A DNA stretch of 61,289 nucleotides, filler included. It is 9 parts of 9 records of this genome, joined end to end, with 100 filler letters (N's around TTAATTAATTAA, not from the genome) between each part and the next. Parts side by side here need not be neighbours in the genome. Positions count along the whole stretch, not along the records: positions 48,666 to 54,262 come from SRR31147125_87218; positions 54,363 to 61,289 come from SRR31147125_87225; 7 more parts are not named here. One strand, 5' to 3'. Below the pieces are notes generated by a model that was not told the origin of the DNA, did no database searches, and was given only the letters and a program-made list of their open reading frames with translations. The translations under genes were made by a program, and so were the position numbers. Positions 52,739 through 61,289 of the stretch are shown one piece after another. Each line of letters opens with the position of its first letter. Positions within the stretch are counted from its first letter, which is position 1.

Positions 52739-54088
52739 ATGGAAAGATGGCAAAAAATTGAACATGTTCCCGCTCCGGCATTGATTCCGGAATATGGTCC
52801 CCTGTCGGGGATGCGGGTGTTATTGACCGGAAGTATTGTTGCCGCACCTTTTGCCGCCAGTCTTCTTGCGGAATATGGCGCCGAAGTCATCCATGTGGAA
52901 AGGCCCGGACTCGGGGATCCTTTTCGCACACAATCGCCGGTGGTTACCCACGGCGACAACGGCAAACCGTTCAAGATCAGCGCTTCGAACACATCCGCAG
53001 ACGAAAAAGTGAGCACAGGCTGGATGCAGGAAGCCCGCAACAAGCTGAGTATGGCACTGGAAGTCAACCTGAACATTCCTGAAGCAAAAGAGATTTTTTT
53101 ATCCCTTGTCAAAAACTGTGATGTCTGGATGGAAAATATGGTCTGGCTGGAGAAACTCGGCATCACCGATGAGATGATGTTTGAAGTCAATCCCAAATTG
53201 ATCATCGCCCATGTCAGCGGATTTGGTCGGCCGCAGTTTGGAGGCGTTCCTGAAGAGTGTGACCGCCCCTCCTACGATCCCATTGGTCAATTTGAAGGAG
53301 GATTTGGATATATCAATGGTTTCCCAGACCCCATGCCTCCCAGCTACGGCGCATCATTTATCAATGATTACCTCACCGCTGTGTTCTGCGCATTTGGCGT
53401 GGTGACGGCTTATCATCACGCTCAGGAAACCGGAAAAGGGCAGGTGATTGACGTGGCGCAGGTCGAGTGCATGAGCAAATGCCTGAACGATACGTTCATG
53501 AACTACTTTACCCTGGGAATGGTGAAAGAGCGCTTCGGTACCCGGATTCCCATTTTCCAACCCGGCAATGTGTTCAAACTAAAAGATGGGCATCTCATTT
53601 TGGGCGCATACGGACCAGCGGTTTACAAGCGTGCATTGAAAGCAATGGACATCGATATTGAAAAATATCCCCATGAACAGGCCGGGGCATCCAGAGAAGC
53701 GGTCAATTCCGAACTGGGCCGACAGCTTTCCAAGGCGATCGATGCGTGGATGGCTTCCCACACTGCCAAGGAGGCGGTGGCTGCGTTCAAAAAATACAAG
53801 GTTCCCTACGGTCTTCCCAAATCCTCTGCAGAACTGGCGGAAAGTGAACACTACAAGCAACGGGGTAACTGGGTTGAATATGAAGATCAAACACTTGGGA
53901 AGAAAGTAACAGGTTACGGGTTTGTCCCTAAAATGAGTCTGACCAAACCGCAGGTATGGCGCGGTGCCCCCTCCATGGGACAAGATACGGAAGCCATTTT
54001 AAAGACCATTGCCGGTTACAGTGATGCTGAAATCACCTCTCTCAAAGGTTTGGGAGTGATAGACCCCCAAAATGAGGTTCCTGCCTGA
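52739..54088 (+). CDS. Class III CoA-transferase (CaiB/BaiF family)
   Basis: GPLSGMRV, AAPFA..L.AEYGAEVI.VE, RNKLS, SGFG, SYDPIGQ, G.GQVIDVA, AP..GQDT. Confidence 0.93.
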   Translation: MERWQKIEHVPAPALIPEYGPLSGMRVLLTGSIVAAPFAASLLAEYGAEVIHVERPGLGDPFRTQSPVVTHGDNGKPFKISASNTSADEKVSTGWMQEARNKLSMALEVNLNIPEAKEIFLSLVKNCDVWMENMVWLEKLGITDEMMFEVNPKLIIAHVSGFGRPQFGGVPEECDRPSYDPIGQFEGGFGYINGFPDPMPPSYGASFINDYLTAVFCAFGVVTAYHHAQETGKGQVIDVAQVECMSKCLNDTFMNYFTLGMVKERFGTRIPIFQPGNVFKLKDGHLILGAYGPAVYKRALKAMDIDIEKYPHEQAGASREAVNSELGRQLSKAIDAWMASHTAKEAVAAFKKYKVPYGLPKSSAELAESEHYKQRGNWVEYEDQTLGKKVTGYGFVPKMSLTKPQVWRGAPSMGQDTEAILKTIAGYSDAEITSLKGLGVIDPQNEVPA

Positions 54089-54106
54089 ATCGAGAGTGTC
54101 GTCGCT

Positions 54107-54206
54107 CTAGTACAGAACGGCGTAAGTTATCCATAGCTTTTTACCGGTCTATCTTTGGAAATGAGTATGGAGAACGCATCGCGAAATTTACGCCCAAGTG
54201 TACTAG
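54107..54206. mobile_element. 100-bp MITE-like element
   Basis: Ends CTAGTACAGAACGGCGTAAGTT and AATTTACGCCCAAGTGTACTAG form a 17/22 inverted match, with CTAG at both ends; too short to encode a transposase. Confidence 0.6.
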
Positions 54207-54262
54207 GGTTGCTTCAAGTTTAAAGTGTCGGTTTTGGTGACGCAACCTCACCCCCAGCCCCC

Positions 54263-54362
54263 NNNNNNNNNNNNNNNNNNNNNNNNNNNNNNNNNNNNNN
54301 NNNNNNTTAATTAATTAANNNNNNNNNNNNNNNNNNNNNNNNNNNNNNNNNNNNNNNNNNNN
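54263..54362. other. Artificial contig linker
   Basis: N44-TTAATTAATTAA-N44. Confidence 0.99.
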
Positions 54363-56174
54363 GCTGTCGCCGACGTTGCCGGTGCCGCAGGCCGTCAGGC
54401 CCGTGCGGTTGTATTTCGCGCCGCCGGCTGTGACATCCTTGCCGTTTTCGAGGCAGCCCTCCATCATGGATGACGCGGCGATGCACGGGAAGTAATGCGA
54501 ATAGACCATCTCAAACAGGTTGGCGTAGGAAACCGTCCAATCTAAAACATACTTCATCTCGGTTTCAAATGACTTTTGGAACGCGTCAAAGCTGTCGTAT
54601 TCGTACAGCTTCCTGCACGGTACAGCCATTTTGCCCGACCGGGGATTGACGCCGCCGTTGATGGCCAGCTGAACCACATCCATCATGTTCCAGATGGACT
54701 CCCGCCCCGTCATGCCGCAGGCCGGCCATTCACAGCCGGTACCGGCCGGCTCAACACAGCCGACAATACTGTAATTATAGGCGTCTTCTTCGGACATGCC
54801 GGTATCCATCAGGCTCTTCACGATGATTTCGTCGTTTTGAAGCTGCGGGATACCGCCGCAGACCTTGCTGGACTCGATGCCCAGCCGCCAGATCTCGTCC
54901 GGCGTGTTCTTGTTGATCCGGAGGGCGACGGTGGGGTCCGGCAGAGCCATACGGCCGTACGTCTGCAACAGCAGCGCTGTGGCGGGCGTCGTGTCGTCCT
55001 TCCCGTCGGGCGTCGAGCCGCCGAGCGTCAGGGCGATGCCGGCGGTAGCAGTCATGCCGTTGTAGATGGAGGTAAAGAGGTTGCCGCCGCTTTCGTTGAT
55101 TTGAATGAGGCGCTGGTTGTTGATGAAAAAGCCGGGCAGCGCGATGAAGTCATAAATGCGCAGGATAAAGGCATCCGAGTATTCCTGCGCCTGCTCCGGC
55201 GTGATTGAGCCCTCGTCCAGCTGCTTTTGCAGCAGATGGCCGACGTACTTGTCTACGCGCCCCATGGACTGGCCGTGCTGCTGGCCGTCCGTGATGAGCA
55301 TCAGCTCATAAAACAGGATCGCCTGCAGGCCCTCCCAATACGTACGCGCCGGCTTTTCCATGATCCAGTCGAGGGAGTCGGCCATGCGTAAAAGCTCCGT
55401 ACGGCGCTCCGCATCGGCGGTTTCAGCTTTTTCGCGGCAGGCTTTCGCGTAGCGCTTGGATAAAAGCATCGCCCCATCGCACACACGCACGACGGCGTGG
55501 TAAAACATGTGGGATTCAGCCATCATGCCGAAAATTTTGCCCTTTTGTACCTCAATACGCTCAAGCGCTTCCTCTCTGACGGCGGCAAAGCCGGTGTTCA
55601 CGACCTTGTTGAAATTGGCGATATAATGGCCCTGCGGCATGCCTGACACGCTCGTCATGACGCGGTCGCCCATGCGCATCCCGTTGAGGATGCAGCCGTT
55701 GCCGAAGGCGTTCCAGAAATCGTCCGTCATCGCGCCCTCGACCATGCTCGCGAGCGTTTTATCCTTCCAGTACGTATAGGCGTCACGGAAAATCCCGCGC
55801 TGCTCGTCGGTCATGTGGATGGCGTCGGATGCCTGCCACGCCCGCCGGAAGTTGTCGTCCGTGTCGTCAACGACGCCGGGGATCCAATCGCAGCTCCAGT
55901 CTACAAAGGGGCTGAGGGACTGAGCGTCCGGTCCGGGCGTGCCGACAAAAATGTCGTCGTCGAAGACGTTTGTCTGCTTTTCGGCGCACCAGGCCTTTAA
56001 AGCGCCGGCGCGCTTTAAGATGGGGTATTCGTTGTCGTGGGTACGGCAGTAATCAGTATAGATTTTCGTGCGCTCGGCGTTGAGCGTCATATATTTACCG
56101 CTGGTAAAGACATGCTTTTTAGCGCGGATACGCCGAATGCGATCGGATACAGGGGCGAACTGAAACATGGCCAT
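54363..56174 (-). CDS. Glycyl radical enzyme (PFL2/dehydratase-like), 3'-truncated
   Basis: ERTKIYT..YPILKRA.AL, PARTYWEGLQ, GRVD, P...ND, YSIVGCVEP, GKDVT.GGAKYN; the glycyl-loop end is missing. Confidence 0.92.
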
Positions 56175-56312
56175 TCTCCTTTACTTGATAGTGTTTTCTA
56201 CGAAAATTATAACACAAAAAGCATTTCGTAGCTAGATACCCATTGAAAACTTTCCTGCGTTTGGTATACTGGTTGCAGAAGAAATAAATGAAAAAACTTG
56301 GAGGTTTGAGCA

Positions 56313-57326
56313 ATGCTTACAGCAAAAGAAAATTTCCTCAAATGCCTGCACGGGGAGGTCCCCGAGTACATACCCCTTTATACGATGGGTATGATGTTTC
56401 CCGGCGACGGCCCGCCGTCGGATATGCTCGTCGAGCCGCTGATTATCAGCGAGCACCGGGCCCGGGGCGGCGGCAAGGACATCTGGGGCGTGGAGTACGT
56501 CCCGACGGAATCGACGGGGAATGCGCTGATTCCTAAAACGTCCGATTTTATTCTGGACGATATAACAAAATGGCGCGATGTAATCAAAGCGCCGGACCTT
56601 TCCGGCGTGGACTGGGAGCAGATGTGCAAAAACGATATCGAGGCCCGAAAGCTAGACCGGTCCAAAACCGCCGTCTGTATGAATCTGCATATGGGCTATT
56701 TCCAGACGCTCATGTCCTTTATGGGCTTTTCAAACGGTCTGTGCGCCTTGTACGAGGAGCCGGACGAGGTCAAGGCGCTTTTTGAATACCTGGCCGACTT
56801 TTACTGTACGGTTGCGGAAAAGTACGTCGATTACTGTAAGCCCGACGTCTGGACGCTGATGGACGACACGGCCGCCTGGGCCAATCCCTTTATCTCGCCT
56901 GAGATGTACCGGGAGTTTCTAATCCCGCTGTACGACCGGCAGGCTAAATTCGGACGCGACCGGGGCCTGCCCATTTCCATGCACAACTGCGGAATTTCCG
57001 AGTGCTTTTTTGACGATCTCGTTAAAATCGGCGTTTCCATGTGGGACCCCGCCCAGACGTGCAACGACATGGAGGCCGTCAAGAAAAAATACGGCCGCAA
57101 GCTCGTCATCGCCGGCGGCTGGGACGCGCGCGACCACCTGCTGTCCGACGATGTCACGTACGACGAGATTTACGATTACACCAAGGGCCAGTTTGACAAG
57201 CTTGCCCCTAATGGCGGATACGCCTTCATCGGCGGGTACCTCGGCGCGGTCGGCGACGAGCGGGTCACGGCGAAAAACGACATGCTCTGGAAGGCCGTCG
57301 AAGAGCTCCGGTATAAATATTACTAA
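56313..57326 (+). CDS. Uroporphyrinogen-decarboxylase-fold protein, probable corrinoid methyltransferase (O-demethylase MT1-like)
   Basis: LT.KENFL, DIWGVEY, MGF...L...YEEP, DD, FISPEMYREF, HNCG, APNGGY. Confidence 0.8.
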   Translation: MLTAKENFLKCLHGEVPEYIPLYTMGMMFPGDGPPSDMLVEPLIISEHRARGGGKDIWGVEYVPTESTGNALIPKTSDFILDDITKWRDVIKAPDLSGVDWEQMCKNDIEARKLDRSKTAVCMNLHMGYFQTLMSFMGFSNGLCALYEEPDEVKALFEYLADFYCTVAEKYVDYCKPDVWTLMDDTAAWANPFISPEMYREFLIPLYDRQAKFGRDRGLPISMHNCGISECFFDDLVKIGVSMWDPAQTCNDMEAVKKKYGRKLVIAGGWDARDHLLSDDVTYDEIYDYTKGQFDKLAPNGGYAFIGGYLGAVGDERVTAKNDMLWKAVEELRYKYY

Positions 57327-57336
57327 GCGTTTAAAT

Positions 57337-57375
57337 AAAAGTCTGGGCCGTGCATTTGCGCGGTCCAGGCTTTTT
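57337..57375 (+). terminator. Rho-independent terminator
   Basis: AAAAGTCTGGGCCGTGC..GCGCGGTCCAGGCTTTTT. Confidence 0.7.
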
Positions 57376-57520
57376 GTCCGTTTAACCGGACTGCGTCTGA
57401 TACTTTTTACTTTGAAATCCGTTTGATTTAATGATACATTTAAATGAATAAGAAAAGCGGGAAAATATTTAGGGGTAGCTTCGTGCGTGAAATGATATTA
57501 AGGCTTAATGCGAGAGGCGG

Positions 57521-59692
57521 GTGAGTTCTATGGACGAGCTGTTTGACGGATTAAACGACGAGCAGCGGCAGGCCGTTATGGCAACGGAAGGGTGCTTCCG
57601 CGTTATCGCGGGGGCCGGCAGCGGCAAGACGCGGGCGCTCGCGCACCGCTTTGCGTATCTCGTCACGGAAATTGGCATCCTGCCGGAAAACATACTCTGC
57701 GTCACGTTTACAAACAAGTCGGCGGGGGAGATGAAAAAGCGCATCCGGCGGCTCACTGGAGACAGCGACACGGGCTATATCTCGACGTTTCACAGCTTCT
57801 GTGTGTCTGTTTTGCAGGAGGACATCTCAGCCGTCGGCTATCCCAAAAACTTTTTTGTGCTCGACAACCCTGATATTGACGCGATGCTGAAGATCATTTA
57901 CGAGGAGCGCGGACTGACGCTCCGGGACAAAACGTTCGGGAAAGCGCGCGACATGATTGAGGAGCGCAAGCTTTTTCGAGACCCGGAGTATTACGAGCAC
58001 ATGATTGCCCTTCCGCTGGATCAGCTGCGTGAGAAATACGACAGTGCCGTGTCGGCCGACGATATCATCTTCTGGGGCTATGTATACCAGGAAAAGAAAT
58101 GCTTCGGCCTTGATTATAATGACCTTATCAAATATGTATTGCATATCTTTGACATCAGCGACGATATCCGGCAAAAATGGCAGGAGCGGATGGAATACAT
58201 CATGGTCGATGAGTTTCAGGATATTGACGATTTGCAGTATCGGCTGATGCGGGTACTGGCGGACCATCATAAAAATCTCTTTATCGTCGGCGACCCGGAC
58301 CAGACGATTTACACATGGCGCGGGGCGAGCGTCAAGTATCTGCTGGAGTTTGATAAGGAATTCCCAAACGTCGAGACCATTATGATGATGCGCAATTACC
58401 GCTCGACGCCGCAGATTACGTCGGTGGCCAACTCGCTCATTGCTAAAAACGTCAACCGTATTAAAAAAGATCTTATACCGATGCAGCCGGACGGCGCACC
58501 GTCTGTGTACCATCATGCCGGTACGACAGAGGACGAGGCCCGCTGGATAACGTTTCAGATCAAAGAACTGGCCGGCGGCGGCGTACCGCTTGGCGACATC
58601 GCCGTTTTATATCGGGCGCATTATATCTCTCGGGTGCTGGAGGAGATATTCCTTGAAGAGCAGCTGCCGTATAAAATCTACAGCGGCGTACAGTTTTTCG
58701 GGCGTATGGAGATCAAGGACGCGCTGTCGTACCTGCGCATGATCGTCTATCAGGACGATTTGTCCTTCATGCGCGTTGTCAACGTGCCCAAACGTAATAT
58801 CGGCCAGCGACGCATGACCTTTCTGCAGGATTACGCGGCGGACAAAAGCTGCACGCTCTACAGCGCGTTGACGCGGACAATCGACAACGAAATATTCAAA
58901 AACACGAAGGCCAAGCGCTTTATTGAGCTGGTGGAGCGCTTTTCGGCGCTGTATCACGAAATGCCGGTCTCGGAGCTTTTAAGCAAGCTTCTGGATGAAA
59001 GCGGCTACGAAGCGATGCGCCGGACGGAGGGCAGCCAGGAGCGGCTTGACAATCTGGCCGAGCTTAAACAGTCGGTCCATGATTTTGAGATATCCTGCGG
59101 CGAGGAGACAACGCCGGAAAGCTATCTCGGGTACGTGGCGCTCATGACCAATACGGATCTCGATTTATCGCACAGCGCCGTTAGGTTTATGACGGTGCAT
59201 ACGGCCAAGGGCCTGGAGTTCCCGTATGTTTTCGTCTGCGGGCTGAACGAGGGCATCTTTCCGTCTAAAAAGACGTCGACGCGGGAGGCGATGGAGGAGG
59301 AGCGGCGGCTGGCGTTTGTGGCATTTACACGGGCCGAAAAGGGGCTGTATCTGTCGGACTCCGAGGGGCGCAATCACGACGGGTCTTACCGGTATCCGTC
59401 GCGCTTTATCTTCAATGTCGACCGGGAACTGCTCCGGTATACAAACGAGCTGGATCCGCGCCTTGTCTTTGAGGCCGGCCAGATTATTGCCGGCAGCGAG
59501 AAAATGCTGGAGCTGTCGTCCGGCACGCTGGGCTTTAAACCGGGTGACCGCGTCGTCCACGCCGTTATGGGCGCGGGGGAGGTGCTGGAGCTGGACCGGG
59601 AAAAGAACGCATACGTTATCCAGTTCGACAGCCTCGGTACGAAACGGAAAATCAGCATGAAGGCCAAGCTCAAGCCGGCACGCGACGGATAA
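57521..59692 (+). CDS. pcrA: UvrD/PcrA-family SF1 DNA helicase
   Basis: AGAGSGKT, TFTNKSA, VDEFQD, VGDPDQTIY.WRGA, NYRST, TVH.AKGLEF, EEERRLAFVAFTRA. Confidence 0.93.
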   Translation: MSSMDELFDGLNDEQRQAVMATEGCFRVIAGAGSGKTRALAHRFAYLVTEIGILPENILCVTFTNKSAGEMKKRIRRLTGDSDTGYISTFHSFCVSVLQEDISAVGYPKNFFVLDNPDIDAMLKIIYEERGLTLRDKTFGKARDMIEERKLFRDPEYYEHMIALPLDQLREKYDSAVSADDIIFWGYVYQEKKCFGLDYNDLIKYVLHIFDISDDIRQKWQERMEYIMVDEFQDIDDLQYRLMRVLADHHKNLFIVGDPDQTIYTWRGASVKYLLEFDKEFPNVETIMMMRNYRSTPQITSVANSLIAKNVNRIKKDLIPMQPDGAPSVYHHAGTTEDEARWITFQIKELAGGGVPLGDIAVLYRAHYISRVLEEIFLEEQLPYKIYSGVQFFGRMEIKDALSYLRMIVYQDDLSFMRVVNVPKRNIGQRRMTFLQDYAADKSCTLYSALTRTIDNEIFKNTKAKRFIELVERFSALYHEMPVSELLSKLLDESGYEAMRRTEGSQERLDNLAELKQSVHDFEISCGEETTPESYLGYVALMTNTDLDLSHSAVRFMTVHTAKGLEFPYVFVCGLNEGIFPSKKTSTREAMEEERRLAFVAFTRAEKGLYLSDSEGRNHDGSYRYPSRFIFNVDRELLRYTNELDPRLVFEAGQIIAGSEKMLELSSGTLGFKPGDRVVHAVMGAGEVLELDREKNAYVIQFDSLGTKRKISMKAKLKPARDG

Positions 59693-59871
59693 GACAGCAG
59701 ACCGGATTGTAAACAGGCGCTCGTCCGTAAATAAATGTAATTATTCGATACGCGTATAGTGTTTGCTGAGGCACATAAAAAGAGTAAAATCACTATGGGA
59801 CATAATGACGCGGATCTTGCCGCCGTGCCCAGCGCGGGCGGCGTATGCAGCGAAAGGGAACTATACAGAGA

Positions 59872-61071
59872 ATGAAAAGAATACTGGCGATGATACTGGC
59901 GGCCTGCTTGTGTGCCGCCGCCCTGGCCGGGTGCCAGAAGAGCGAAACAAGCGACAAGGATGAAAACGGCGAGCCGATTGATACGGTTATTAAAATCGGC
60001 GTGCTTGAAAACCGCACCGGTTCTCTTAGCGACTGGGGTAAAAAAGAAGCGCTGGGTATCGAGTTTGCCAGTTCCGTTTTGAATACGCTGGAGCTTAACG
60101 GGCGCGATTATACCATCGAGCTCCGGGTTAGTGACAGCGCCTCGTCCGCCGCGGCGGCTTCAGCCGCCGCGTATGAGCTGACCAGTGAAGGCTGCAACGT
60201 TGTGCTTGGCTCAAACACCTCCGATATATCAGCGACGGCTGCCGATGTTTTAGACAAAACGGGGCTGGCCCTCATTGGCGTACGTCAGGAGGAGCGCGAT
60301 CTTGACGGCGAAACGGTTTATGATATCCCGTACCTTGGTGCCAGCGAGGGTCCCGTCACCGCCGCTTACGCGTCCGGCCGTTACGGTACGAGCGCGTATA
60401 TTCTGATGAAAAACGGCGACGAGCAGTCGGCGGCGCTCGGTAAAAGCTTTAAAGACGCCTTCACGGCGGCGGGCGGGGCTGTCCGGGAGGGTGGCTATCA
60501 GGAAGGCACCACCGATTTTACGGACTATTTTGACGCAGCCGTTCAGGCCGGTGCGGCGATGATCTTCGCGCCCATACCCGCGGACGACGCCGGTCTGTTT
60601 TTAACGCAGGCGGGCGAGCATGGCGTCGCGCTCCCGATCCTGGCCGGCTCAGGCTGCAATAACGGCGAGGCTCTTGAGGCCGCGCGCGGCACGTCGCTGG
60701 ATATCAGCATCCCCGCTGCCTTTGACGAAAGTATTGATACGGACGCCGGGACGCGGTTTATTGCCGCTTTTAAGGAATGGCTGAATAATAATCCCGATAA
60801 GCTCGCCGACAACGGCGGAAACGACGCGGTTTCGGCTGCTTCTGCGTTTGGTTACGATATGTTTATGACGGCTGTCGAAGCGATTAAAAAGGCCGGCAGT
60901 GCCGAGCCCGCTGATATCCTGGCCGCGCTCGGCGGCACGGCGTATGACGGTGTAACCGGAACGATTACGCTGGATGCCTCGGGCAGTGTGGCCGGAAACG
61001 GCGCCTGCATCCTCCACGCGGACACGTCCGGCGGTTCCTTGAGCTATGTGACATATCAGAAGGCCGGATAG
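59872..61071 (+). CDS. LivJ-type (branched-chain amino acid family) ABC substrate-binding lipoprotein
   Basis: Lipobox LAGC, IKIGVL..TG, TTDF, AFGYD, GVTG.I. Confidence 0.82.
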   Translation: MKRILAMILAACLCAAALAGCQKSETSDKDENGEPIDTVIKIGVLENRTGSLSDWGKKEALGIEFASSVLNTLELNGRDYTIELRVSDSASSAAAASAAAYELTSEGCNVVLGSNTSDISATAADVLDKTGLALIGVRQEERDLDGETVYDIPYLGASEGPVTAAYASGRYGTSAYILMKNGDEQSAALGKSFKDAFTAAGGAVREGGYQEGTTDFTDYFDAAVQAGAAMIFAPIPADDAGLFLTQAGEHGVALPILAGSGCNNGEALEAARGTSLDISIPAAFDESIDTDAGTRFIAAFKEWLNNNPDKLADNGGNDAVSAASAFGYDMFMTAVEAIKKAGSAEPADILAALGGTAYDGVTGTITLDASGSVAGNGACILHADTSGGSLSYVTYQKAG

Positions 61072-61178
61072 ACGGTTTTGAAAATATATCGTGGCGGAGG
61101 GAATACCTCCGCCATTTTTATGTAAGGTGTATCGCCTTGCTGTGTGAGGTGGGAGCATGAACGAAAGTAAACTATTTC

Positions 61179-61226
61179 ACCTCATCAGTCACCTGCGGTG
61201 ACAGCTTCCCCTCAAGGGGAAGCCTT
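61179..61226. repeat. REP-like double hairpin
   Basis: GTCACC-TGC-GGTGAC followed by GCTTCCCC-TCAA-GGGGAAGC. Confidence 0.6.
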
Positions 61227-61289
61227 TTGTAAAAGAGTTTTGACGTAGAAGTCAATTCGTCAGCTTTACCGCGGATTGGCTCAGAGAAA

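Overview
The window is not one locus. It is nine unrelated bacterial contigs joined by eight artificial 100-nt linkers (44 N + TTAATTAATTAA + 44 N), so gene neighbourhood only has meaning within a contig. Taxonomic labels below are inferred from base composition and gene content. (1) 1-6933, Desulfobulbaceae-like: partial E2-like ORF, HAD hydrolase, YkgJ protein, secDF, larB, APH-like kinase plus P-loop kinase. (2) 7034-13816, AT-rich deltaproteobacterium: MYXO-CTERM-like surface protein with an outer-membrane beta-barrel partner, asd, pssA, psd, DUF465. (3) 13917-19049, clostridial-type nifH-nifI1-nifI2-nifD-nifK followed by a metal ABC binding lipoprotein. (4) 19150-30278, Desulfosarcina-like: M24 peptidase, EamA, moaA, cobA/hemD, hemC, selA, GGDEF-like/TPR protein, HDOD protein. 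(5) 30379-37931: two hybrid sensor kinases, rfbC, rfbA. (6) 38032-43210: ilvD, GntR regulator, an uncharacterised Fe-S/Cys-rich gene pair, TTT binding protein. (7) 43311-48565: Bacteroidota susC/susD. (8) 48666-54262: TonB receptor, sigma-54 activator, class III CoA-transferase, 100-bp MITE. (9) 54363-61289, Oscillospiraceae-like: glycyl radical enzyme divergent from a URO-D-fold methyltransferase, pcrA, ABC binding protein. Homopolymer indels recur throughout. They explain the frameshifts and probably two apparent gene fusions. The best candidates for undescribed systems are the Fe-S pair locus (contig 6), the CTERM protein/barrel pair (contig 2), the bacterial E2-like ORF (contig 1) and the glycyl radical enzyme/methyltransferase pair (contig 9). 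I saw no CRISPR array, rRNA or tRNA.
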